A DNA stretch of 64,000 bases from an uncultured Erysipelotrichaceae bacterium (lineage in GTDB: Bacteria; Bacillota_I; Bacilli_A; RF39; UBA660), in NCBI GenBank assembly GCA_902773675.1, contig CACYFN010000001.1:2384-66383 (forward strand), in the 5' to 3' direction. Positions 45,041 through 54,839 of the stretch are shown here, one piece after another (the first letter of the stretch is position 1; every line of letters starts with the position of its first letter). The position numbers and the translations under genes were made by a program. Below the pieces are notes generated by a model. That model was not told the origin of the DNA and ran no database searches. It saw only the letters and a list, made by a program, of their open reading frames with translations.

Positions 45041-47008
45041 TTAATTATACTTATATTTAAAATAATTAAGTGTTAAAACCTTATCAGAAATATAAAATTT
45101 ATCATTAACTATTTTATTAATTCTTTGAATATATTCATCTGTAACCTCTTCATCAGTTAAACTAACATAATTACCATTTACAGCCTTATAAATACACTTA
45201 TCAGTTATCCAACTTCCATTATTAAATATAACAATACTTTCACTATCTGAAAACAAATCAGTACCCATATAATCTCTTGGATCATAATTTAAATTAAATA
45301 AATTTGCAATCGTTGGTAAAATATCAAATGTAGATGCAGTTTTACTAATTACTTTTCCTTCAGTTGCACTATTATATATAATAAATGGTAACTTATCAAT
45401 ATTATAATTTTCTAATCTATCATAACTAGATGCCTCATTTATTTCTGAATAACTCATCTTAAGAGGATGATGATCACCAAATAATACAAATACAGTATCA
45501 TCTAATTTACCTTTTTCTTCTAAACTATTCATTAAAAATTCAATACCAGCATCTAATTCCATAGCTTTTGCTATATATCTTTTAACATTACTACTATATG
45601 GTAGTCCCTTTACTCTATCCCAATACTTTTGAGTTAAATAAGTATCATAATCATATGGAAAATGAGTACTAGAAGTAATAACAAAAGTAAAGAACTTATC
45701 CTTATCAATATAATATTCTAAACTATTCTGAAATAACTCTAAATCACTAGGCCAACCAGTATGATTAATAATATTTAAAGGATCATGATCTAAATATAAT
45801 TGAGAACCCATATTTTTATGTAGAATAGTTCTACTATAAAATTCATCTTTCCAATTATGATATGAAGAAGTATAATAACCACTATTATTAAATAAATTAA
45901 ATACACTACTAGAATAATTATTATTTAAATATGAATTTGGAGTACAAACAGTTGAAGATGGAATAATAGAAGTTTCTGAAATATACTCACTCTCCCCTGT
46001 CGCACAACTATATATAGGAGCATAATAATTATCAAAATACCATCCTTCAGTTTTTAATTTATATAAAGTAGGTGTTAAATCTTCATTAATGGCCATAATA
46101 TCAAATGCTTCAATCATAATATATACTAAATTCTTACCTTCAAAAATACCAGTATATTCATTCTTATTAGTAATATCTTGATTTATAAAATAATTATGTA
46201 CATCTTTAATTATTTGATTAGTCTCATTATCTATTTTTTTTTGCCATTTAGTATCATCAATATGTCTTTCATAATCAATAACTACTTCATCATCTATAAC
46301 TTTCTTCTTAGTTTCCTTATTCTTCTTATCAATAACCAATTCATAACTATCATCATCACTAAACATATTAATGATATCTCTTTCTAAGAATTTAACAAGT
46401 CCAAATTGTTTTAAAGATAATTCAATTAATGTTGGTGACTTATACAATTGTAAATTAGATTTTATTTGCTTTTTATTTTGAAAAAATGGAATTATTAAAG
46501 TTAAATAGCCTAAAATATAAACCATAATAATCACAACTAATTTCATAATAAAAGATTTTATAGTAGTTTTCTTATGTTCATATTTTCTTCTTCTAACTAT
46601 AAAATATATAATTAAAAATATAAATGGTAATAATAATAACGAATATTCTACCTTAATACAACTAATAAACTCTTTAACCTGTGATTGAACACGAGCAAGT
46701 CCACTATTAGTAGATGCACTTAAAGACATATAATTACCAATTAAATTTTTAAAAGTTAATTGTAATATTCCATATAATCCATATATAAATACAATAAATG
46801 ACATAAATATTTTAGCTAAGAAAGACTTAAAAAATTGTAATATAAATGCAAATATCAAAGAATAAAATAAATCAAAAAGTATTATTCTAATTATCTCTAT
46901 TCCAATACCTGAAAAAGCAATTATTTTAAAAATAAATTCAATAAATAATATACTTAAAAATAATATTAAAAATATACTAACAAACTTTTTTAAATGCTTC
47001 TTTTTCAT
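45041..47008 (-). CDS. LTA-synthase (LtaS) family membrane sulfatase-like protein
   Basis: Five N-terminal TM helices plus an extracellular alkaline-phosphatase-superfamily domain of the expected length. Confidence 0.75.
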   Translation of the reverse strand: MKKKHLKKFVSIFLILFLSILFIEFIFKIIAFSGIGIEIIRIILFDLFYSLIFAFILQFFKSFLAKIFMSFIVFIYGLYGILQLTFKNLIGNYMSLSASTNSGLARVQSQVKEFISCIKVEYSLLLLPFIFLIIYFIVRRRKYEHKKTTIKSFIMKLVVIIMVYILGYLTLIIPFFQNKKQIKSNLQLYKSPTLIELSLKQFGLVKFLERDIINMFSDDDSYELVIDKKNKETKKKVIDDEVVIDYERHIDDTKWQKKIDNETNQIIKDVHNYFINQDITNKNEYTGIFEGKNLVYIMIEAFDIMAINEDLTPTLYKLKTEGWYFDNYYAPIYSCATGESEYISETSIIPSSTVCTPNSYLNNNYSSSVFNLFNNSGYYTSSYHNWKDEFYSRTILHKNMGSQLYLDHDPLNIINHTGWPSDLELFQNSLEYYIDKDKFFTFVITSSTHFPYDYDTYLTQKYWDRVKGLPYSSNVKRYIAKAMELDAGIEFLMNSLEEKGKLDDTVFVLFGDHHPLKMSYSEINEASSYDRLENYNIDKLPFIIYNSATEGKVISKTASTFDILPTIANLFNLNYDPRDYMGTDLFSDSESIVIFNNGSWITDKCIYKAVNGNYVSLTDEEVTDEYIQRINKIVNDKFYISDKVLTLNYFKYKYN

Positions 47009-47035
47009 ACTACCTCTTTAATTCTTTTAAAAATA

Positions 47036-48319
47036 TTATTTCTTAACTATCTTATCAATTCCACCCATATAAGGTCTTAGTACTTCCGGAATACTAATAC
47101 TTCCATCTTCATTATAATTATTTTCTATAAAGGCAATTAAACCTCTTGGAGTAGCAAGTACAGTATTATTTAAAGTAGATACTAAATAATTACCATTATC
47201 ACCCTTTGCTCTTATTGATAAACGTCTTGCTTGAGCATCACCTAATGTAGAACAAGATCCTACTTCAAAAAATTTCTTTTGTCTTGGACTCCATGCCTCA
47301 ACATCACATGATTTAACCTTTAAATCAGCTAAATCTCCACTACAACATTCAAGAGTTCTAACAGGTATATCCAAACTTCTAAAGAATTCTACAGTATAAC
47401 TCCACATCTTATTATACCAATCCATAGCATCTTCTGGCTTACACAAAACAACCATTTCCTGCTTTTCAAATTGATGTACTCTATATAAACCTCTTTCTTC
47501 AATACCATGAGCTCCTACTTCTTTTCTAAAACATGGTGAATAACTAGTTAAAGTAATAGGAAGTTCACTTTCTTTAACAATCTGCCCTTTAAATTTACCA
47601 ATCATAGAATGTTCACTAGTACCTATTAAAAATAAATCTTCATTCTCAATTTTATACATCATTGCATCCATCTCTTCAAAACTCATAACACCATTAACAA
47701 CATCACTATGAATCATAAAAGGTGGAATACAATAAGTAAATCCCTTATTAATCATAAAATCTCTAGCATACGAAAGCATTGCTGAATGAAGTCTAGCTAT
47801 ATCACCCATTAAATAATAAAAACCATTACCACTAGTTCTACCAGCACTCATCTTGTCTAATCCAGATAAAGCTTCAATAATATCTGCATGATATGGAATT
47901 TCATATTCAGGAACTATAGGATCACCAAATTTTTCAATTTCAACATTATGAGTATCATCTTCCCCAATAGGTACAGAATCATCAATAATATTAGGAATTA
48001 TTAACATCTTATCCCTTAATTCTTTATTTAAGTTATTTTCCTCATCTTCAAGAACAACTAATCTTTCATTGATTTTAACAACTTCTTCTTTAATTTTATT
48101 AGCTTCATCTACTTTTTTATCACGCATTAAAGAACCAATTTCACCACTTTTAGTATTTCTTTCTTGTCTTAAATTATCTCCCTCCAATTTTAAATCTCGT
48201 ATTTTTTTATCAAGTTCAATAACTTCATCTACTAAAGGTAACTTATGATCTTGAAACTTTTTCTTGATATTTTCTTTAACTATTTCACTATTTTCTCTTA
48301 CAAATTTAATATCTAACAT
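47036..48319 (-). CDS. serS: Seryl-tRNA synthetase
   Basis: N-terminal coiled-coil arm. Class II motifs (FRKEVGAHG..., GSCSTLGDAQARR). Confidence 0.95.
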   Translation of the reverse strand: MLDIKFVRENSEIVKENIKKKFQDHKLPLVDEVIELDKKIRDLKLEGDNLRQERNTKSGEIGSLMRDKKVDEANKIKEEVVKINERLVVLEDEENNLNKELRDKMLIIPNIIDDSVPIGEDDTHNVEIEKFGDPIVPEYEIPYHADIIEALSGLDKMSAGRTSGNGFYYLMGDIARLHSAMLSYARDFMINKGFTYCIPPFMIHSDVVNGVMSFEEMDAMMYKIENEDLFLIGTSEHSMIGKFKGQIVKESELPITLTSYSPCFRKEVGAHGIEERGLYRVHQFEKQEMVVLCKPEDAMDWYNKMWSYTVEFFRSLDIPVRTLECCSGDLADLKVKSCDVEAWSPRQKKFFEVGSCSTLGDAQARRLSIRAKGDNGNYLVSTLNNTVLATPRGLIAFIENNYNEDGSISIPEVLRPYMGGIDKIVKK

Positions 48320-48321
48320 AT

Positions 48322-48520
48322 TATCATCCTTTCATTTTTATACAAATAAAAGACTAAGTATAGGAGTGAATAATCACGGTACCATCCTACTTTAGTCTTA
48401 ACTTATTTAACGATATTAACCGGAAATACTTTTAATATTTCATTCAAGATTAGATTCATAAAACATTATTAACTAGTTTCCACCATATACTAGCTCTCTA
48501 TATAATAATTATTCTATTAC
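48322..48520 (-). promoter_or_regulatory. T-box riboswitch leader of serS
   Basis: The minus strand shows the AGAGA stem-I motif, the T-box sequence AAAGUAGGAUGGUACCGUG, and a terminator (GACUAAAGUAGGA...UCCUAUACUUAGUC followed by UUUUAUUUG). Confidence 0.7.
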
Positions 48521-48532
48521 TATTATCTATCA

Positions 48533-49069
48533 TCATTTTAATTCATATTCAATTATTCTTAAATTAGGAAGTTCTAACTTAGACATATCCCCATCTTCTG
48601 GAATAGGTCTTAAACTATAATGAATAGCACGTAATATTGCACTATGCGTAACAACTAAAACATTCTTATCACTATATTTTATTTTAATATCCTCTAAAAA
48701 TTCCGATACTCTCATTAATAAATCCTGTACTTTTTCAATACCATTTGCATCAGTATTCAAAAAGAAATTCCAGCATTTAACAGTATCAACTTCATCAATA
48801 GAAGCACCCTCGCACATTCCCCAATCTCTTTCAATTAATCTATCATCAATATTAATAGGAAATTTATCATTAGTAATTATCTTAGCTGTATCCTTAGCCC
48901 TTCTTAAAGGTGAAGAAATAACTACATCAATATTTAATTTACTAACTAATGATTGTAATTTCTTAGCTTCACTAATACCATCTTCATTTAAATCAGCTTC
49001 TGTTTGCCCTTGAACTAAACCATATTTATTTTTATCAGTTTGTCCATGTCTAACAACATATAATATCAT
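48533..49069 (-). CDS. Histidine-phosphatase (phosphoglycerate-mutase-family) protein
   Basis: N-terminal RHGQT catalytic motif. Confidence 0.7.
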   Translation of the reverse strand: MILYVVRHGQTDKNKYGLVQGQTEADLNEDGISEAKKLQSLVSKLNIDVVISSPLRRAKDTAKIITNDKFPINIDDRLIERDWGMCEGASIDEVDTVKCWNFFLNTDANGIEKVQDLLMRVSEFLEDIKIKYSDKNVLVVTHSAILRAIHYSLRPIPEDGDMSKLELPNLRIIEYELK

Positions 49070-50550
49070 TAATCTCTTCCTTCTGGTTTCATAGTTGGGA
49101 AAAGAATTACATCTTTAATTGATGGTTGATCAAAAGCAATCATCATTAATCTATCAATACCAAAGCCAAGTCCAGATATTGGAGGCATTCCTTGTTCCAT
49201 AGCTAATAAGTAATCTTCATCCATATCCATAGTCTCATCATCACCTGCATCTTTAGCTTTTAATTGATCTTCAAATGAGTTTCTTTGTATTTCTGGATTA
49301 ACAAGCTCAGAATATGCATTACATATCTCACTACCGCATACAACAACTTGGAAACAATCAGCAATATTTGAATTATTATCATTACGTCTAGCAAGTGGCT
49401 TTAATACTGCAGGATAATTATACATAACAACAGGTCCAACAATATTAGCACGCAATAATTTCTTATATAAGAAATCAGTTAACTGCGCAATAGATTTATA
49501 CTCTTCCATATCCTTTAAAGAATAAAAACCTTTTTCAACAACTTTATTCTTATATTCATTAATATCTGTTTCCTTAACAAATTCAAATCCTAATATTTCA
49601 GTTAACTTTTCAACATAATTAATTCTTTCAAAATCAGATGAAAAATCTAATTCATGTCCTTGATAAGTAATAATCTCACTACCAGTTAAAAACTTAATAG
49701 AATCTCTTAAAAACTTTTGAAAAAACTTAACATTATCTTCAAAATTCCAGTACGCACAGTACCATTCAACTTGTGTAAATTCTGGATTATGTTGAGGATC
49801 CATACCTTCATTTCTAAAACATCTAGCTACTTCATATACACGATCATATCCGCCAGCAATACACTCTTTTAAATAACACTCAGGAGCAATACGAAGATTA
49901 CACTCTAAATCCAAAGCATTATAATGTGTATAAAAAGGTTTCGCACTCGCACCAGATACACTAGTTTGAATAACAGGAGTTTCAACCTCTAAAAATCCAT
50001 AATCATTCAAATAATTTCTTAAAAATAAATAATATTTACTTCTACCTAAAAATACTCTTCTTGATTCCTCATTAGTAATTAAATCAACATATCTTTCACG
50101 ATACTTAGTTTCAATATCATTAAGTCCATGAAACTTTTCAGGTAGTGGTCTTAAAGCCTTACCTAAAAACTCAAAACTTTCTACTCTTAAAGTTTTTTCA
50201 CCAGTTTGAGTAGTAAATATCTCACCACGAGCTCCAATAAAATCTCCACTATCAATTAATTTCTTCATAAATTGATAATTATCTTCACCAAGTAAATCAA
50301 TCTTAAACTCTAATTGAAAATTATCTTCAATATCTCTAATTTTAACAAAAGATAATTTTCCCATCTTTCTTAAAAAAGTTGCTCTACCACAGACACTAAC
50401 ATTCTTAGTACCATCTTCTAAATTTTTAGCTTCACTCAAAGTATGAGTACGTTCAAATCTTTCTGGATAAGGATTACATATCTCACCTATCTCCTTTAGC
50501 TTATCTCTTCTAACTATTTCTTGTTCTGATAATTGTCTCATAAAAATCAC
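49069..50550 (-). CDS. lysS: Lysyl-tRNA synthetase (class II)
   Basis: Class II aaRS motifs and an OB anticodon-binding N-terminal domain. Follows dusB as in Bacillus. Confidence 0.95.
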   Translation of the reverse strand: MIFMRQLSEQEIVRRDKLKEIGEICNPYPERFERTHTLSEAKNLEDGTKNVSVCGRATFLRKMGKLSFVKIRDIEDNFQLEFKIDLLGEDNYQFMKKLIDSGDFIGARGEIFTTQTGEKTLRVESFEFLGKALRPLPEKFHGLNDIETKYRERYVDLITNEESRRVFLGRSKYYLFLRNYLNDYGFLEVETPVIQTSVSGASAKPFYTHYNALDLECNLRIAPECYLKECIAGGYDRVYEVARCFRNEGMDPQHNPEFTQVEWYCAYWNFEDNVKFFQKFLRDSIKFLTGSEIITYQGHELDFSSDFERINYVEKLTEILGFEFVKETDINEYKNKVVEKGFYSLKDMEEYKSIAQLTDFLYKKLLRANIVGPVVMYNYPAVLKPLARRNDNNSNIADCFQVVVCGSEICNAYSELVNPEIQRNSFEDQLKAKDAGDDETMDMDEDYLLAMEQGMPPISGLGFGIDRLMMIAFDQPSIKDVILFPTMKPEGRD

Positions 50551-50577
50551 CTTTTTCCTATATATAATATCATATTT

Positions 50578-51558
50578 TTAATTTTTTTTATACTCTTTTA
50601 AATAATTATCTAATAAATTTATTAATTCTTCCTTAGTATTTGTTTTAAATATTTCTTGTTTTAATTCCTTAGAACCATTTAAACCTTTTAAATACCATGC
50701 CGCATGACTACGTATCTCTAACATTGCTACCTTCATTGGTTTAGTATTAACAAGTAAATCTAAATGTCTTTTAATCATATTTATTTTTTCTTCAAGTGTT
50801 ACTTCTTTAGGTAAAATACCTTTTTCTAAGTAATCAACACATTCTTTAATTAGCCATGGATTACCAAGTATTCCCCTACCGATCATAACAGCATCACAAC
50901 CAGTTTCATCCATCATTCTTTTCGCATCATAACATGAATTTATATCACCATTACCTATTACAGGAATAGATACAGCTTCTTTTACTTGTTTAATTATATT
51001 CCAATCAGCTTTACCTGTATACCCCTGTTTCCGAGTACGAGGATGAACTGTAATAGCACTCGCTCCAGCCTTCTCAACAATTTTAGCAATCTCAACAGCA
51101 TTAATACTTTCTTCATCCCATCCACTACGTATTTTAACAGTAACTGGTACACTAGATACTTCTACAACACTTTTAACTATTTCATAAACTTTATCAGGAT
51201 TTTTTAAAAGAGCACTCCCAGCTTGTGCAGAAACTGCTACCTTAGGTACTGGACACCCCATATTAATATCAATTATATCTGGATGCATATGTTCTAAGAT
51301 GTATTTAGTAGCAATTACAAAAGATTCCTTATCACTACCAAATATTTGCTGCGAAATAGGTCTTTCAAAATCAGTAACATAAAGCATATCTTGAGTTTTC
51401 TTACTACCATACATAAGTGCTTTATCACTAACCATTTCAGCTACTATTAAGCCACATCCCATTTCCTTAATAATAGTTCTATATGCACTATTACTAATAC
51501 CAGCCATAGGAGCCATTACAACATTATTTTTAATAACCACATTACCAATTTTAAACAT
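50578..51558 (-). CDS. dusB: tRNA-dihydrouridine synthase
   Basis: Dus family motifs (MAPMAGISN, NMGCP, HPRTR). Confidence 0.85.
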   Translation of the reverse strand: MFKIGNVVIKNNVVMAPMAGISNSAYRTIIKEMGCGLIVAEMVSDKALMYGSKKTQDMLYVTDFERPISQQIFGSDKESFVIATKYILEHMHPDIIDINMGCPVPKVAVSAQAGSALLKNPDKVYEIVKSVVEVSSVPVTVKIRSGWDEESINAVEIAKIVEKAGASAITVHPRTRKQGYTGKADWNIIKQVKEAVSIPVIGNGDINSCYDAKRMMDETGCDAVMIGRGILGNPWLIKECVDYLEKGILPKEVTLEEKINMIKRHLDLLVNTKPMKVAMLEIRSHAAWYLKGLNGSKELKQEIFKTNTKEELINLLDNYLKEYKKN

Positions 51559-51585
51559 AACATCACCAGCACCATAATTATACTA

Positions 51586-51616
51586 AAAAATCCTTTATTT
51601 TTCAAGGATTTTTATT
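51586..51616. terminator. Bidirectional terminator hairpin (AAAAATCCTT-loop-AAGGATTTTT)
   Basis: 10-bp stem flanked by A and T runs. On the minus strand it is followed by a U-run and then a TATAAT just upstream of dusB. Confidence 0.55.
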
Positions 51617-51728
51617 TATTTCTATTGTATTTTATATTCATTAATAGTATAATTACTTCTAGGAAATATTTAATAGTTGAGTACTTGCCAACTTTATAAT
51701 AATTTTTAAATAAAGGAGGCTTGATATT

Positions 51729-51818
51729 ATGAAGAAAAAAGATTTACTAATATCTTTTCAACTTATAATTATCATTTTATTAATAATATCAATAATGATA
51801 TTATGCATAAAAAAATAG
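51729..51818 (+). CDS. Unannotated 29-aa hydrophobic peptide (MKKKDLLISFQLIIIILLIISIMILCIKK), a candidate type-I-toxin-like small membrane protein
   Basis: Strong RBS AAAGGAGG, then 8 nt, then ATG. A single TM helix with charged termini. Flanked by AGTACTCAA repeats. Not in the ORF track because it is shorter than 60 aa. Confidence 0.4.
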   Translation: MKKKDLLISFQLIIIILLIISIMILCIKK

Positions 51819-51919
51819 TACTCAATCTGCGATAGATTAAGTACCTTTCAAAAATATTTGGGAAGTACTCAACGTGCAAAAATTAAGTATTTCCTCTTTT
51901 TTATTATATTCAAGTTTCC

Positions 51920-51968
51920 TTGACAAATACATGATAACATTTAATTCATTATTTGTCAATTTTTTTAT
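51920..51968 (+). terminator. Inverted repeat TTGACAAATA-N20-TATTTGTCAA followed by a T-run. Candidate plus-strand terminator for the small-ORF transcript, abutting the infB stop.
   Basis: 10-bp perfect arms, then T7 immediately 3' on the plus strand. Confidence 0.4.
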
Positions 51969-54062
51969 TTAATTTTTAACCTCTACCATTTCATAAGCTT
52001 CAATAATATCTCCAACTTTAATATCATTGAAATTAGCTATAGTTACACCACATTCTAAGCCTTTTTTAACCTCTTTAACACTATCTTTTTCTCTTTGAAT
52101 AGAATTAATTTCTCCATCATAAATTACAACACTATCTCTAATAACTCTCGCTTTAGCATTAGATTTAATTACTCCATCAAGAACATAAGATCCAGCTATA
52201 ACACCAACCTTAGAAAATTTAAATAATTTTCTAACTTCAAGTGAACCAATAACCTTCTCTTCATAAACAGGTTCAAGCATACCTTTCATGGCAGCTTCCA
52301 TCTCTTCAACTGCTTTATAAATGATATCATAAAGTCTAATTTCAACACCTTGATCTTTAGCATAATCCTTAATTTTATTGTTAGGTCTAATATTAAATCC
52401 TATAATAACAGCATTAGAAGCACTAGCTAAAACTATATCACTTTCTGTAATAGCACCAACACTACTTCTTATTACTTTAACCTTAACGCCTTCAACATCA
52501 ATTTTTTCTAAAGAGTTTTTAACTGCTTCACTACTACCATTAACATCAGCCTTAACAATAACATTAACCTCTTTAACACCCTCTTGAATTTTATTAAATA
52601 AGTCATCTAAAGAAACACTAACTTTCTTATTTTGATTAAGTTTTTCTTCAGTTTTTCTAGCTTCACCAATACTACGAGCTTGTTTTTCACTCTCAAAAGC
52701 CATAAACTTATCACCAGCACTAGGTGTTTCATTTAAACCAGTAATTTCAACTGGTTGAGAAGGATATGCACTCATGATTTCTTCTCCTAAATCATTTTTA
52801 AGAGTTCTTACTTTACCAAATGAAGTACCAACAACAATTGGATCACCTAATCTAAGAGTACCATTTTGAATTAAAATAGTTACAATTGGTCCAACATGCT
52901 TATCTAATTCAGCTTCAACTACACTACCAATTGCATATCTATTTGGATTAGCTTTATAATCTTCCATTTCTGCAACTAATAATATATTTTCAAGAAGTGT
53001 CTCAACACCTTCACCAGTTTTAGCAGAAATCTTAGTAACAATAGTATCTCCACCCCAACTATCAGGAGTAAGACCATATTCTGATAACTCAGTCATTACT
53101 TTATCAACATTTGCACCAGGTTTATCAATTTTATTAATAGCAACTAATATAGGTACACCAGCAGCCTTAGCATGATCAATAGCTTCCTTAGTTTGAGGCA
53201 TAACACCATCATCAGCAGCAACTATTATAATTACAATATCTGTAATACTTGCCCCTCTAGCACGCATCTCAGTAAAAGCAGCATGTCCTGGAGTATCAAT
53301 AAAAGTAATTAACTGATCCTTACATTTAACTTGATAAGCACTAATAGCTTGGGTAATACCACCAGCCTCACCCAATGCAACATTAGTTTTTCTAATAGTA
53401 TCAAGTAAAGTAGTCTTACCATGATCAACATGTCCCATAATAGTAACAACAGGAGGTCTTTTAACTAAATCTTCTTCCTTATCATTAATTTCAAAATCTT
53501 CAAATTTAGCTTCATCTATCTTTTTCTCAACTTGTAACTCTTTATTATAATCAGAAACAAGTAATTCCGCATTTTCAAAACTTAACGAATTATTCACAGT
53601 AGCAAGTATACCTAGTGTAAATAACTTCTTAATAAGTTCTGCAGCTGATACATTTAAAGCCTTAGCTAAATCACCAATAGTCATACCTTCTTTATAAATA
53701 ACAATGCTATCATTTTCAACTGGACCATTGCTTATTAACTTTTCCTTATGCTTATACATTTCTTTCTTCTTCTTAGCTAAATCTTTTTTATTAGATTTAT
53801 TTATATTCATCTGTTGCTTCTTTTTACCACTATTTTTACTTAATTCTTCAGTCTTTTTACTTTCTTTTTCTATTAACTCTTCTTCATCTTCAAATTCACT
53901 TACTTCTTCTTCATTAGCTATAACATTATCAAGTTCTGTAATAGCTTCCTCATCAAGAAGTGATTCTTCATCTTCAACTTCAATATTAAGTTCCTTACAT
54001 TTCTTTAATATTTCCTTAACAGTCTTATTAACATCAATTGCATATTCTGATACACTCATCAT
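51969..54062 (-). CDS. infB: Translation initiation factor IF-2
   Basis: GTP-binding domain ([21 protein letters not shown]) and C-terminal beta-barrels. Confidence 0.95.
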   Translation of the reverse strand: MMSVSEYAIDVNKTVKEILKKCKELNIEVEDEESLLDEEAITELDNVIANEEEVSEFEDEEELIEKESKKTEELSKNSGKKKQQMNINKSNKKDLAKKKKEMYKHKEKLISNGPVENDSIVIYKEGMTIGDLAKALNVSAAELIKKLFTLGILATVNNSLSFENAELLVSDYNKELQVEKKIDEAKFEDFEINDKEEDLVKRPPVVTIMGHVDHGKTTLLDTIRKTNVALGEAGGITQAISAYQVKCKDQLITFIDTPGHAAFTEMRARGASITDIVIIIVAADDGVMPQTKEAIDHAKAAGVPILVAINKIDKPGANVDKVMTELSEYGLTPDSWGGDTIVTKISAKTGEGVETLLENILLVAEMEDYKANPNRYAIGSVVEAELDKHVGPIVTILIQNGTLRLGDPIVVGTSFGKVRTLKNDLGEEIMSAYPSQPVEITGLNETPSAGDKFMAFESEKQARSIGEARKTEEKLNQNKKVSVSLDDLFNKIQEGVKEVNVIVKADVNGSSEAVKNSLEKIDVEGVKVKVIRSSVGAITESDIVLASASNAVIIGFNIRPNNKIKDYAKDQGVEIRLYDIIYKAVEEMEAAMKGMLEPVYEEKVIGSLEVRKLFKFSKVGVIAGSYVLDGVIKSNAKARVIRDSVVIYDGEINSIQREKDSVKEVKKGLECGVTIANFNDIKVGDIIEAYEMVEVKN

Positions 54063-54092
54063 AATATCAACTCTCCTCTCTTAATATCTACA

Positions 54093-54578
54093 TTATAATT
54101 CTATTAGAATTTTCTTATTACTCTTTTCATATTGTTTATAACTAACTCCACATGCATCAAACATTCTTTTAGAAGCAACTACACCATCAGTATCAGCATA
54201 TTTATCATCTAAATAAATTACTTCCTTAATTCCAGCCTGAATAATAGCTTTCGCACACTCATTACATGGAAATAAAGCTACATACATTTTAGATCCTCTT
54301 AAATCATTTCTCGTATTTAAAATAGCATTTAACTCCGAATGACATACAAATAAATATTTAGTATCCAAAGGTTTTCCTTCTCTATCCCATGGCATATCTT
54401 TATCATCATCAAATCCTATAGGAGCACCATTATAACCAATAGATAAAATCTTATTATCCGTACTAACTATACAAGCACCAACTCTTGTATTAGGATCCTT
54501 ACTTCTCTCACATGAAAGAAGTGCAATTCCCATAAAATATTCATCCCAACTAATATAATTACTTCTCTTCTTCATCAA
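54093..54578 (-). CDS. dCMP deaminase (ComEB/cytidine-deoxycytidylate deaminase family)
   Basis: Zinc-binding motifs CHSELNAI and PCNECAKAI. Confidence 0.75.
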   Translation of the reverse strand: MMKKRSNYISWDEYFMGIALLSCERSKDPNTRVGACIVSTDNKILSIGYNGAPIGFDDDKDMPWDREGKPLDTKYLFVCHSELNAILNTRNDLRGSKMYVALFPCNECAKAIIQAGIKEVIYLDDKYADTDGVVASKRMFDACGVSYKQYEKSNKKILIEL

Positions 54579-54831
54579 TCATACTTCCTAACTCATCAAA
54601 AATACTATCCGGTACCTCAACTTCTAAATGTCTATTTAATATATTATTTTGTCTAGCCTTATTAAAAACCTCTAAATCTTTTTTTAAATAAGCACCTCTA
54701 CCATTAGCTTTACCAGTTTTATCAATAATTACATCTCCATCAGGAGTTCTAACAACTCTAATTAATTCTTGTTTTGGTAACTTTTCTTTTGTTACAATAC
54801 AAGTTCTCATTGGAATTTTTTTAATCTTCAT
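54559..54831 (-). CDS. ylxR: YlxR-family (DUF448) RNA-binding protein
   Basis: PMRTCIVTKEKLPKQELIRVV...GRGAYL signature, downstream of nusA. Confidence 0.75.
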   Translation of the reverse strand: MKIKKIPMRTCIVTKEKLPKQELIRVVRTPDGDVIIDKTGKANGRGAYLKKDLEVFNKARQNNILNRHLEVEVPDSIFDELGSMIDEEEK

Positions 54832-54839
54832 AAAATCAC

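Noticed and set aside
51677-51873. AGTACTCAA copies interpreted as a transposon terminal inverted repeat
   Set aside because: The repeats are only 9-10 nt, enclose ~140 nt, and have no transposase. An RNA fold-back or operator role is more parsimonious.
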